Assembly (NCBI GenBank): GCA_017654855.1
Contig: CM030332.1
Coordinates: forward strand, 3,844,001-3,908,000
DNA: 64,000 bases
Reading direction: 5' to 3'
From: Podospora anserina
Taxonomy: Eukaryota
Part shown: in pieces, positions 26,397 through 38,714 of the stretch
Layout of the letters: each line of letters opens with the position of its first letter
Numbering within the stretch: the first letter of the stretch is position 1
Program-made: the position numbers and the translations under genes
The notes under the pieces: model-generated
Seen by the model: the letters and a program-made list of their open reading frames with translations, nothing else
Told to the model about the DNA's origin: nothing
Databases searched by the model: none

Positions 26397-26948
26397 ATGA
26401 CAAAATCTTTTATGGAGAAATGATGATACCAGGCGGACAAGAAATTGGGAATGGGACAGGAGGGCAGTGTTGGTTGGGATTCAAAACGGCGTTTACGTGG
26501 GAAAGGGAAAAAAAATGGGTGCATTGATCACGGACACGATTCCTCTCGTAATATTGAGGATCGGTCGAGTGGAGAGCGGGAGTGTGGTTGCTCCTTTTTT
26601 TCTATCCATTATTTTAGCGTTCTTTGCTCTCCGGATAGTATATAGAGTCTAGCACCGATTTGATTTCAAATAGATCGATATTGAGTGTCCACTTTTGACT
26701 TTTGTCTCAATGTGAATTCTCGATCTCAGATGAATATGTTGAGATTTAAGTGTCAGCTTTTTTCTTTTTCCATTGTGATGTCTATATCGTCATTTGACTG
26801 CTTCCCGGGCCCGATGTTCATCTGATCCTTCCGCCAAATCATAACTTTTTTTGTCCATCTCATTGTGGTGTCATTATCCCAATTTGGCTCATCATCTATT
26901 CTGTTCCGCTTTTTTGCCTCTATCTCATCTATGATTCTTTTTCTCTGT

Positions 26949-28307
<1,359 letters not shown>

Positions 28308-28491
28308 CGTGAATGTGGTATGAGTGTAAGTGTAAGTGGAGGGGTATCTCAAAGTCAAGGTCTTGAAGAGGAAAGGCGTGAAGCAACAGAAGTTCAAAAA
28401 AAAAAAGTATGCAGTAAGACAGAGCACAGCACAACACAGAGTCTGTAGTATCTCTCAATTTATGTATCAATTCGGGGGGGGCGTCTCTGCT

Positions 28492-28498
28492 TGAGTCA
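28492..28498 (-). promoter_or_regulatory. Gcn4/CPC-1 response element
   Basis: Perfect TGACTCA ~185 bp upstream of the LYS1 ATG. Lysine biosynthesis genes are classical cross-pathway-control targets. Confidence 0.6.
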
Positions 28499-29300
28499 CC
28501 GACTGGAGATGTGGAATGGGGTCCCCTCTTCTGGTGTACGCCGACTGCGGTGAGTGAAAAAACGAAAAACCTTGCTCTTGGGGGGACACCTGCAGGTACG
28601 ACACCAGCAACCCCGCGGTTGCTAATTGGCTGGCTTGGGGCCTGAAGTGGCCTGAAGTATCAGTGTTTCGCCATTGCACGGGATCTCCCATGCTGTCCTG
28701 TTTGCCGGGAGACTCCACTAGTGACGACGGATTACGGAATCCACATGGGCAAGACTGGTTGCTTGATTTGATCATTTGAGGTTGGTTCTGTCTGTCTTTT
28801 CATATTCGCTACAAATGTTTTTGGAGGAATCCCTCGAATGATGATTTGTCCCTCCTTTGGACTGATAACTGATAACAAGCAGATAAGGACGCGCCTAACC
28901 CCCATCGGGTATCAACCCAGGACTCGGCCCGCAGCGGGAATACTTGATCCTTCTTTGTCCCCGAAAACGCCAGTCACGTGCAGGCGGTAGCATTCACAGC
29001 CCTCTTTCTTTGGCAATAGGCAGCGCAATATGGCCCCATTGCAGCCGAGCGTGCACGGCAGACGGCAGATTGGGGTTAAAGGGCTGGAAGGCGAATAAAA
29101 GACTTCCCGGAGTAAGGTCCGACTATGATTAGCTAGCTAAACAGCTGCCGCCCATGGGAAAGGGTGTGGAGTGGCACAGCGACCCGAGATGGGAGCATTG
29201 GGAACAATGACCCCAGCCCACCACGCCCACGCCGACCCATTGATCCTCGATACCACCACCGCCCCAGGCTGACACCAAAAAACCTGTTCTGGCCGCCATC

Positions 29301-31739
29301 ATGTCGAGCTCCAGATCGACTTCGCCATTTGACAAGCTGTCGTACGGCACCAGCACCAGCTCGCTACGCCGACTGCTCCCTGCATCGAACGATGAAGCAG
29401 CGAGTGAGGCTTCGGTGAATCTCGAAACCAGCCCGACCCCGGGGTCCTCGGCCGCGGGGACTGGGCAGGCTGCTCCGCGGAGAAGGAGGCAAGCTACCAC
29501 GGCTGCGTGTCGGGCCTGTCGAAAGAGAAAGTCAAAGGTGTGAAGGCTCAGTAGCCATCTTTCATATAACATTGTTGAACCATGGCTGATATGTCTTGTT
29601 GTCTTGCAGTGTGATGGTGCACGCCCAACATGTTCAGTATGTCGTGACCGGAAAACAAAGTGCGAGTTTGATACGATTGCCGCGACCGAGACCCATACCC
29701 AAGCCCTGAAGCGCAAGTACACCGAGCTTCTGCAACAAAAGAGCACATTCGAACAGATCTATGAGGTCCTTCGGTCCAGACCGGAAAAGGAAGCCGAAGA
29801 AATCTTCCAGCGGATACGGAGGGGCGCAGAGGCCAGCTCCATACTAAGGCATGTCAACTATGGCGACGTGCTTGTGCAGATGGCCCTCGTGCCGGAAACG
29901 CGGTTTCGATACGAGTTTCCCTACCTGCCGGATATGCCCATCTACCTTCAAAGACACGACAACCCATACCTCGACTCGGAGGTCTTTGACTGTGCTTTGC
30001 GGGGGGCTGTCGAGCAACCGCAACCACAGCAGCAACGGGCCTTGCCTAGCGTGAACGACATGTTGGGTTCTCCCCGTGACGCCTTGGACCAGCGGGATCC
30101 ATACCTGAAGCCGTATTCCTCTGCCATTGTGGTGGACCCGTGGCTGGACTCGCTCACGCCGTCAAACTGGACGTTGGTGAGCAGTGATGACAATTTCATG
30201 CGTCAGGTTATTCACGATTATTTTCTGTACGACTATGATTGGTTTACTTTTTTCCACAAGGACTACTTTCTGCAGGATATGGCGAGTGACCGACCACGGC
30301 ACTGCTCAAGGTTATTGGTCAATGCCGTCCTGTGCATAGGATGTGTAAGTGCTTTGTGACCGCACGTCTTAGTCATTCTGTCCCACTAACAACCGCTCCA
30401 GTATTGTCATCGAAAACTGCCAGGTCGCTCCGAGTCATGGAACCCCCAAAACATCGGGAACCAGTTTCTCGCCGAGGCCAAGAGGCTCTTTGAGGTTGAA
30501 GCCGAGGTGCCAAGACCGTCTATGCTTGATCCAGAATGGCAGCAAAAGTATCACGACTGGGAGTGCCGCAGGCTAACCACCGTTCAGGCGGCGCTCCTGC
30601 TCAATGTCATCTACAACCTGAATGGCTCTGACAGGCTAGGATGGCGGTATACGATCCGGGCCGTGGAAATGGCACACGAAATACGGCTCTTCCAAGCGGT
30701 TCCGTCTCATGTCAGCAGCGACATTCGGTGCGCCAGGGAGTTCACAGCGTGGTGTCTGTTCACCTGGCAAAGTCTCAACTCCTATCATTACCTCAAGCCA
30801 CCCTTGATGGCCCGGCCGCCGGAAACACCTTTGCCAGATCCGTCCGAGAACCCCCAGTGGTGGGGAGAGCTGTGGATACGATATCCCCAAACGCCAGCTC
30901 GTCTACCCACTCACCACGGCCACCTCGCCAAGGCCAGAGCAGACTTTTGGACCATCATGAACGATTTTTCGCTGTTAAGCTTCTCGCAACCTCACGTCAA
31001 GATGCCGCTTGATCAGGTTGTGGGGTTCTACAATCGACTCCGCGGATGGCTACGGAATCTACCTGAGCCATTGACACCCAAACGGCTTGTGCTACCGCAT
31101 CACCTAAAGGTTCACATGCATTACAACTGCGTCCTGATCGACCTGCTGAAACCACTGCTCGGTCTGAACTGGAGCGACACCACCCAGCCAAACAAGACAC
31201 TTGACGACGCGCACCACGAAGCGGCTATTCACCTCGAGACGTTGCTCCGGCTGTACTACCTCCGGCACGGCTTCGAGGCCTTTGACGGTTTTTTGCTGCA
31301 CTTTCTCGGTAGTTTGAACTTTATCAAGATCAACACGAGGGAGGCGCAGGATAATTCCTTGTTTCTCGAGTCGCACCGCTCGACGATGCTGCTGCTTATG
31401 AAGGGGATTAGGGACCAGAGCCAGTGTCATACGGTGGCGAAGATGGTGCTACGGCTGCAGGCGCATCTGATGAGGTCGGATGATGTGGCTTTGCTGAAGA
31501 GGTTTGTGGATATTGAGACGGCTAGGTTGGCGTGTGGGCCGGAGAGTCCGAGGTTGGTGGAGGAGGAGGTGATTTTGAGTGACTGGCCGGCGTACGAGAT
31601 TGGGTTGGAGGCGAAGGCGGAGCAGAAGAGTAGGGGGGTGGATTTTGCGAGTATGGTCAGTTCGGTGACGGCGGAGGGGGGGGGTGGTGGGTATGGGGAG
31701 AGTACGAGTGGGAGTAGGTCTTCTGCTTCTTCGGGGTAG
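29301..31739 (+). CDS. Zn(II)2Cys6 transcription factor with fungal-specific TF middle domain (NirA-like family); exons 29301-29537, 29610-30344, 30402-31739
   Basis: ACRACRKRKSK|CDGARPTCSVC...C binuclear cluster split by an intron; FFHKDYFLQDM...CSRLLVNA; LTTVQAA. Confidence 0.9.
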
Positions 31740-31743
31740 GGGG

Positions 31744-31770
31744 GGATGGGATGGGATGGGATGGGATGGG
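31744..31770 (+). repeat. (GGGAT)n pentanucleotide microsatellite after the TF stop
   Basis: About 5 copies of gggat are directly visible. Confidence 0.8.
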
Positions 31771-32310
31771 AGGGTAAAATAATAAACGACAAGTCGACGG
31801 ACGGAGGATTCCGCTGTGTATGTTTTTCGCTGGTGAAGGACGGATTTGGTTCCGCGGTGGAAGGGCACGAAGGGGTAATATATGTGTGTCTGAGAATATG
31901 AATGAGATTGTACACTTTCTAGAGATTTTGCTTGGATGATGAGATGGTGCTCTAGGAGTGGTTGCCTTGTGTGGGATGGGGTTGTTTATGCAGGACTTTT
32001 GGCTGCCAACGAGTGCGGAATGGTTCCGCAAGAGAGAGAGAGAGAGAGACGACATGTGCACAGACCATTACCTGATTAGGAAGTTTCCTTGCTGTGTAAC
32101 AGGGGAAATGTTTGCTCATGCTCAAGTTCACGATGTGTGGATTGGGTGATGATGGGAGTTGATGGGGTAGTTGGATGTGCCTAGGATAGGATTCTTCTGT
32201 CTACATAAGAACAGGTTCACTCAGTAATGTCGCTACAGTTTACTCGTTCTCACTATCCTTTCTCAACCTTGTACTGAACACAGTCAATTTCCAAGCCCAC
32301 AGCACCAACC

Positions 32311-35251
32311 ATGGACGAGATCGAAGACGTCGTGAGTAAATCTTTCCCCTGATTGAAAATTCCTCACAGATTTGAATCTGACATCTCTCTCACCCAGTCC
32401 TACGCCTGCTCCGTAGCGAGCTTCGAGAACGTTGGACATCCCACACCAGGAACCAACCCCGCCGACGAAAAGGACAATGCTGTTGTTTACACCACCATCA
32501 CAGTCAACGAACACGGCAAAATAACCTCCAGTTCGTCCCCCTTCCCCTTCCCTCCCCTTTCTTACTCAACCAACTAATGTACTTCCCAGCCCACAACGGC
32601 AAACCCCCTCCCCCTTCCCCCCCTCCTACCAACCACCTTGATCCCACCGCCCCCGTCGTGGAAATCCTCACCACAATCACCACCCCCTCCCCCCACAACA
32701 ACCGCCAGCAAGCAATGATGATGAACCTCCACCGCCCGCCATCCTACCCCTACCGAACCCCCGACATGGAAGACGAAGACAACGACCTCCCCCCCCCGGA
32801 CCTTATCCCCTCCATGATGGGCGACCTGCCTAACAATGCTTTTGGTTTTGGTAAGAAGAAAGAAATGGTAATCCACTCCCCTTACCTCCGGTCTGCGCTT
32901 TCGGCTGTGGTGCAATACTACCCCGGTTTTGAGGTCATCCAACGGGGGACCGTGCTGAGGATAGCGGAGCCTTACCAGGTGCTTGTGCATCACTGGGGTG
33001 AGTTGGAGGAATATAAAACATCTCAGCCGGACTGCCATGACGGGAGGTATGCAGCCACTACGGCGGCACATATTGATGTCCTCCTCACCTTCCTCGCCGA
33101 TCTCTACGGCCCCGGCTTAAATGACGAGAAAAAACGCTGGGCAAAAGGCCGGACGACATACAGCCGCTTCTGGTGCCTCCTCAAGCCGGGGAGTGTGGTG
33201 TACCGCGAGAAGGATGGGGAGTGGACGGGGTGTGTGGTTTCTGGGATTAACTTTCTACGAGCGGCTGGTTCGGTGGAAGGGGTGGGGAGTGATGGGATGT
33301 TGGTTTACATGTGGGGGATTGCCTACAAGAAGGGGCTGATGAGACGGGAGATGATACAGAGGATTATTTGGCCTTGGGGTGGGGAGAGGGATATCACTTC
33401 CTTACCTGTGGTGCCTGAGAGATGGGTGAAGGGTGGGGTGAGGGGACAGAGGGTCGAGATGGGGAGACGGTATTGGGGGTTGGCTGGGGGGGTTAGTTAT
33501 AAGGAGTACGAAGGGTACTTGGGAGGGGGGAGGACGAGGGGGATGGTGAGTTTTCTTAATGGTTTGGGGAAAGAATTTGGGGGGGGGGGGCTGACTTGAA
33601 CGTGATAGATCAAGGGGAAGGTTATTGTCGATCCGGAGGGGTACGAGCGGTTTGCTGAGCAGTCGCCTCATCACCGCATTGCGACGCCCAAGTTTGCCCC
33701 TCGCTGGGATCAGCAGCACACCCCGGCGAGACAGGACAGGTTACCGCAGATGTTGTCACGGTGCAGCTGTGCTGTTTGCAGCAGTAGCCAAGGGAAGCAA
33801 GAGCCTAGTCCCTGGGCAGGGTTTGACGACCTCGACCCGAGATCCTCACCCCTGCCCCGACGCGAGGAGATATATTTCATGGTCATTGGGCCTTTGATCC
33901 CAGCTTTTATCCTCAAAGAACGCCGCTGGGGTAAGTTCCCCCTTTACCCCTTCTTCCCTCATAACTAACCTCCCACCCCCTCCCCCCAAGCGCACATCCG
34001 AACCTCCTCCCTGCACCCCATAACCCCTTCCCCCACCCCCTTCAACCACCTCGTCCTCGACCCATCGACAAAACAAACCCTCAAAGCCGTGATAACCCCC
34101 TTCTCCTCCCCCCTCTCTTCCCCTTCCCAAATCTACCCCTGGCCAAGTGACATAATCCCCGACAAAGGCCTCGGTAGGATCTTCCTCCTCCACGGCCCCC
34201 CAGGCGTGGGGAAAACCCTCACAGCAGAAGTCTCCTCCCTCCTCACCCGCCGCCCATTACTCCCCCTCACCCCCGCCGACCTCCCCCCTTCCCCTTCGGA
34301 AATCGAAACCTCGTTGTCATACTACCTCACCCTGTCGGAACGCTTCGGCGCCCTAGTCCTTATCGACGAGGCAGACGTCTACCTTGAGCGTCGCCAATCC
34401 AAAGATCTCCGTCGTAACAGTCTTGTGTCGGTATTCCTGCGGGCGCTGGAGTATTACAAGGGGGTGATGATGCTCACGACGAACAGAGTGGAGATGTTTG
34501 ATGATGCTTTTACCAGTCGGATTCACGTCGCGTTGCACTATAAAGAACTGGATGAGGAGCAGAGGGGGCGGGTTTGGGAGGTGGGGTTTGATAGGCTGGA
34601 ACGGGAGAGTAATGGGCGGGTGGTGGTTCACACAGCGGCGAGGGAGTGGGTTAAGGGGAAAGAGATGAGGGAGTTGGGGTGGAACGGACGGGAGATCAGG
34701 AACGGGCTTCAGACTGCTGTTGCGCTGGCGGAGTTTGAGGCAAACGAAAAGGGGGTGGTGGGACGGGTGGTGGTGAAAGAGGGGCATTTGAAAACGGTGG
34801 GGGGGTTGAGCAGGGGTTTTAGGGAGTATATGAGGGAGAGGAAGGGAGGGTTGGAAGAGTAGGTTAGTCTTTTTTTATTTTATTTTTATTATTATTATTT
34901 TTTGTTTCTTATTTTATTATATATATATATATATATATATTTACTTGGTGGTGATGGTATTGTGGTAGAAGAAGATTGCTGATTTCTTTTTGCAGCAGAG
35001 AAGACGAAGACGAAGACGAAGGCGAAGATGAAGAGGAAGAGGAAGAGGAAGAGAAAGAGGGCAATCCCATCCAAAAACTACCAATCGACCACCCCCTCCG
35101 ACAGCCCGAGTACCAGTTCCAACTCTACCTTTTAGAACAGCAATCCGTCAGGACACAGTGGCGGATAAAGTTGGACAAGTCAAAAAACTCTCCCGCGATG
35201 CTCAACGGGAGGGTGTATGACGACTGGGAAGAGGAGTATCACCATCGTTAG
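32311..35251 (+). CDS. Fungal single-domain AAA+ ATPase; exons 32311-32331, 32398-32530, 32590-33545, 33609-33930, 33991-34858, 34996-35251
   Basis: Walker A GPPGVGKT, Walker B LIDEAD, FLRALEYY, LTTNR, AFTSRIH, NGREIRN. All intron phases are consistent. Confidence 0.85.
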
Positions 35252-35605
35252 CCCTCAGACCTGAGAGACAGGCTTCACTACCATCTTTGCCCTCTTCCAA
35301 ATGTCTCACAGATCATCAGTACTATCCAAGTAGCTCTAAAACATCACCTTGCTCTACTTGCGCCGATTCATCTCTATAAGATAGCGCTTTCCCTTGCTGT
35401 TGATCTCATTAGTCCGTTTCTCTCGCTCCTGGTTCAAAACCATGCCCGCAAATGACTGGTATATATATTTCCCTTGCCGACTCCCAACTCCTTGCTAAAT
35501 AACCCATCCACAAAAGAAAAAGCCGACCCCAGTCCCAATCCCAATCCCAAAATAATCTAGTACCCCTACGCCTACCCAGCCTCCCCTCACACACAAAAAA
35601 AACCC

Positions 35606-37075
35606 TCATCCACCCCCCGCCCCCCTCCCGTTACTCATCGAATTCACATTACTCGCATGCGCCAACAAAAACTTGCAGCACGTCAACGTCAACTTGCAAG
35701 CCTTTGTCCACCCATCATCTTGCGCAATCCCCAGCTTGATGCTCACATCCATAATCTTGTCCCCCTCGATCCTGTACGGCAGCGCGAGCGGCGTCCCCTC
35801 CCTCGCCGTCTGCTTCTGCACAAAGTCGCCCAGCTGCCTCACCAGCTCCAGAAACGCCACCATCGCCTGGTCAAACTTCCTATGCATGATTGTGATGCCA
35901 AAGGGCATGTCCCCGCTAGAGAACAGCTCCAAAACATGACGCTTCGGCGCGGGTGGAGGGGCGCTCCTGGCCGAGCCGTACCGGCTCGAGGAGGGGGATT
36001 GGTATTCCAACTTGATGATTCGGGAGCAAGACCCCATGGGCTGGGGCTCGTAGCCGTCAAAGTGGTAGTTGAGCTTCTCGGCGACTGTCACGATGAGCAA
36101 AAGGGCGTGGCCCCAGGCGGCGTTGATCTCGGGCCAGTCGACCGGGCGGGCGTGCAAGCGGCCTAGGCGGAGGCCGTTGATGGTGGCAAAGGTTCCGTCG
36201 TGGCTGATGCAGAATGTGTCGTTGTATACGTTGCTGCGTTGGAGCTTCTCGAGCTGGCGGGAATCGTGGTCAAAGGTGCTGTTAATGCTGTCGCGTTCAT
36301 CTTGAAAATGGGCTAGTCGAGAGGCGAAGGCGTTGCGTTCCCTCCAAAAGACGTCTTCTTGGGCGTCGACCTTCTCGGCCTCTTCTTCGAGTGCAAGGAG
36401 CTCGAGATCTAGTTTGGCCCTTTCCTCCTCTAGCTGCTCGATTTCTCTGCGGCGCTCGGCCACGGCTTGGTTGGCCCTCCGGAGGGCTTCGTCCTGGGCT
36501 CGAATCTCGTCGTCTGTGGGTGCGCTGGCCTGTATCTCTTTGAGGCAAGCGACATACGCGTCCCGCTCACGGTTTGTCGCCTCGAGTCTTTTCTGTAATT
36601 CCTCCAATAAAAGCTCGGTGCACTCGACGCACACTGGGTGGTCTATATCGGATCGCGCTGACAGGATCTCGAACAGTTTGGCGATGCGCTCCATCTCATA
36701 AGACTTGTCGTCGTCTGGCGGCCCATCATTTCCTCCATTCGCCGGTTGCGCCGAGGAAGCATCTTGTTGCTGCGGTTGTTGGCTTCTGTGTGGTGTGATC
36801 TGAGACTCAGTCAGGAAGATGAATGACATGGAACTGTCGCTGGCTCGTGGGGGTCCTCCATGTCTCTTGAACATGGGTTGACCGGCCTGTCGAACAGCCT
36901 TCTCGTAGGTGGACTTGCGCGCCCTGTCCTGGGAGTGTAGAGTTCGCGATGCGGCTGGGGGTTTCTTGGGTGGTTGCTGTGAGTGTGTCGCCACGAGGAG
37001 ATCATAGGCGGCCGGATTGAGGTCCTCCAGAGAGCCGTCGAGCTTCAGAGGGCCGCGGCATTTCTGGCAAAACAT
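35606..37075 (-). CDS. ATG6: Atg6/Vps30 (Beclin-1 homologue)
   Basis: MFCQKC, DIDHPVCVEC, a coiled coil, NVYNDTFCISHDGTFATINGLRLGRL, WPEINAAWG, WTKACK. Confidence 0.96.
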   Translation of the reverse strand: MFCQKCRGPLKLDGSLEDLNPAAYDLLVATHSQQPPKKPPAASRTLHSQDRARKSTYEKAVRQAGQPMFKRHGGPPRASDSSMSFIFLTESQITPHRSQQPQQQDASSAQPANGGNDGPPDDDKSYEMERIAKLFEILSARSDIDHPVCVECTELLLEELQKRLEATNRERDAYVACLKEIQASAPTDDEIRAQDEALRRANQAVAERRREIEQLEEERAKLDLELLALEEEAEKVDAQEDVFWRERNAFASRLAHFQDERDSINSTFDHDSRQLEKLQRSNVYNDTFCISHDGTFATINGLRLGRLHARPVDWPEINAAWGHALLLIVTVAEKLNYHFDGYEPQPMGSCSRIIKLEYQSPSSSRYGSARSAPPPAPKRHVLELFSSGDMPFGITIMHRKFDQAMVAFLELVRQLGDFVQKQTAREGTPLALPYRIEGDKIMDVSIKLGIAQDDGWTKACKLTLTCCKFLLAHASNVNSMSNGRGAGGG

Positions 37076-37465
37076 CTTGTGCCGGAGATCTAAAGAGTCT
37101 CGAGGTGTAGCTGATAGAGATTAAAAGGTAGATAAATAGATGATCTGGCGGGGAGGTAGGCACCAGTCGCTCTAGGTGGGCTGGACAGTGGACGTCACAG
37201 TTGAACAACACCCCTGTCCCCGGCACGCAAGCACCCCCGCCCGCATGCGACTCAGCGGCCGGCTGGCCGGGGGGTTAAGGGCGACCTCCCCAGGCTGTCA
37301 TGTGCGTGCCAGCCACTGGCCCGTGCTTGCATGTCGTAGTCGCAGTCGTCGTCGCCGCAACCAACCCAGCCAACCTGGAACTTTGACTTTGACAAACATC
37401 AATCAACAAGTAAATACCAACGACTAGCCGGGGCGTTCAGGTCTCAGCCCACAACTGCCATCACC

Positions 37466-38273
37466 ATGTCCAACCCCCTCGACACCGACGCCGGCACCGA
37501 GCTCTTCAAGCACTACGAATCAGAATACCTGCTCGTCCGCGCCGACCTGACCCAGAAACTCGACCAAATCAATGAGCTATCCGGCGAGCCCAGAAAGGCC
37601 GCCCTCAGCGCGGCAGAGCGGGCGCTGGAGGAAACCGACGAGCTAGTGGGCCAGATGCAGATGGAGAAGCAAAACGTCCCCTCGTCTCAGCGCACAGCAA
37701 TCAACAGACGGATCCGCGACTACAAGAGCGATGTCGATGGATACAGGCGAAAGCTGCGGACTCTGGCCGAGGACAGGAGTGCGCTTTTTGGGGGACGGTA
37801 CACGGACAATCCCGGTGGTGCTTCTGGGGATGCGCAGCTGGAGCAGAGGCAGCAGTTGTTGTCTGGTAGGTTTCTAGGAAGCCAAAGGAAGGGGAATCTG
37901 AAGCTGATTGATGATAAAGGAACCGATCGTTTGGACCGCAGCACTCAGCGCCTGAAGGCTAGTCAACAGCTGGCGAACGAGACCGAGTCCATCGGTGCCA
38001 ACACTCTGGCCACGCTGCAGCAGCAGCGCGAGACGATCGAGCACACCACGCGCGTTATGTACGAGAGCGAGGGTTATGTCGATCGCAGTTTGAAGAGCAT
38101 CAAGGGCATTGCCCGTAGGTATGACGTTTGCTGCGCACCCCTTTTGGGACTCACAAAATCACATACTTACTTGTTATCTGTCTAGGATGGCTACCAATCG
38201 GATAATCACCATCGCCATCATCACCGTCTTGGTTTTGCTCATCTTTGCTGTCATCTTTAGCAAGTTCAAATGA
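37466..38273 (+). CDS. VTI1: Qb-SNARE Vti1; introns 37866-37919, 38119-38185
   Basis: Habc N-terminus, EQRQQLLSGTDRL SNARE motif, C-terminal TM IITIAIITVLVLLIFAVIFSKFK*. Confidence 0.93.
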
Positions 38274-38714
38274 TTGATGTGTGAATTGTTTGTTTTACAG
38301 GCTGGCGAAACGGTTAGAAGGAGTTATTTATTGGCTGTACTAGGGTTATGGATGGGTTAGCATGATTTGAGTTGCTTGTAAAACACGGTCTTTTTTCCTC
38401 CCTCTCTCTCACTGCTCTTATCTCGGCTTCTTTTGGCTGTGTGTGTTGTTGTGTAAATGTACATACTGCCACTTGCGTAATAAATGGAGCTTCTCTTATC
38501 AGTTGGTTAATGCGGGGTTATCGCCCACCCACCCACCACGACCATGATCCCGGCGCCGGAGGGGGGACTCATAAACAAACGGGGGGTGGTGGCATATCTT
38601 CTGATAATTCCTCCGAGTTTGTCCTGGGATTTTAGGAAAGTCAACTTATCAATTTCGTCCGGTTTGAACCTTTTTTCCTTGTCTGTGAGACGGGAGACAC
38701 AAGGTTGGGCAAAG

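Noticed and set aside
28838-28872. ATGATGA...CTGA as a snoRNA
   Set aside because: Too short, with no terminal stem or recognisable guide.
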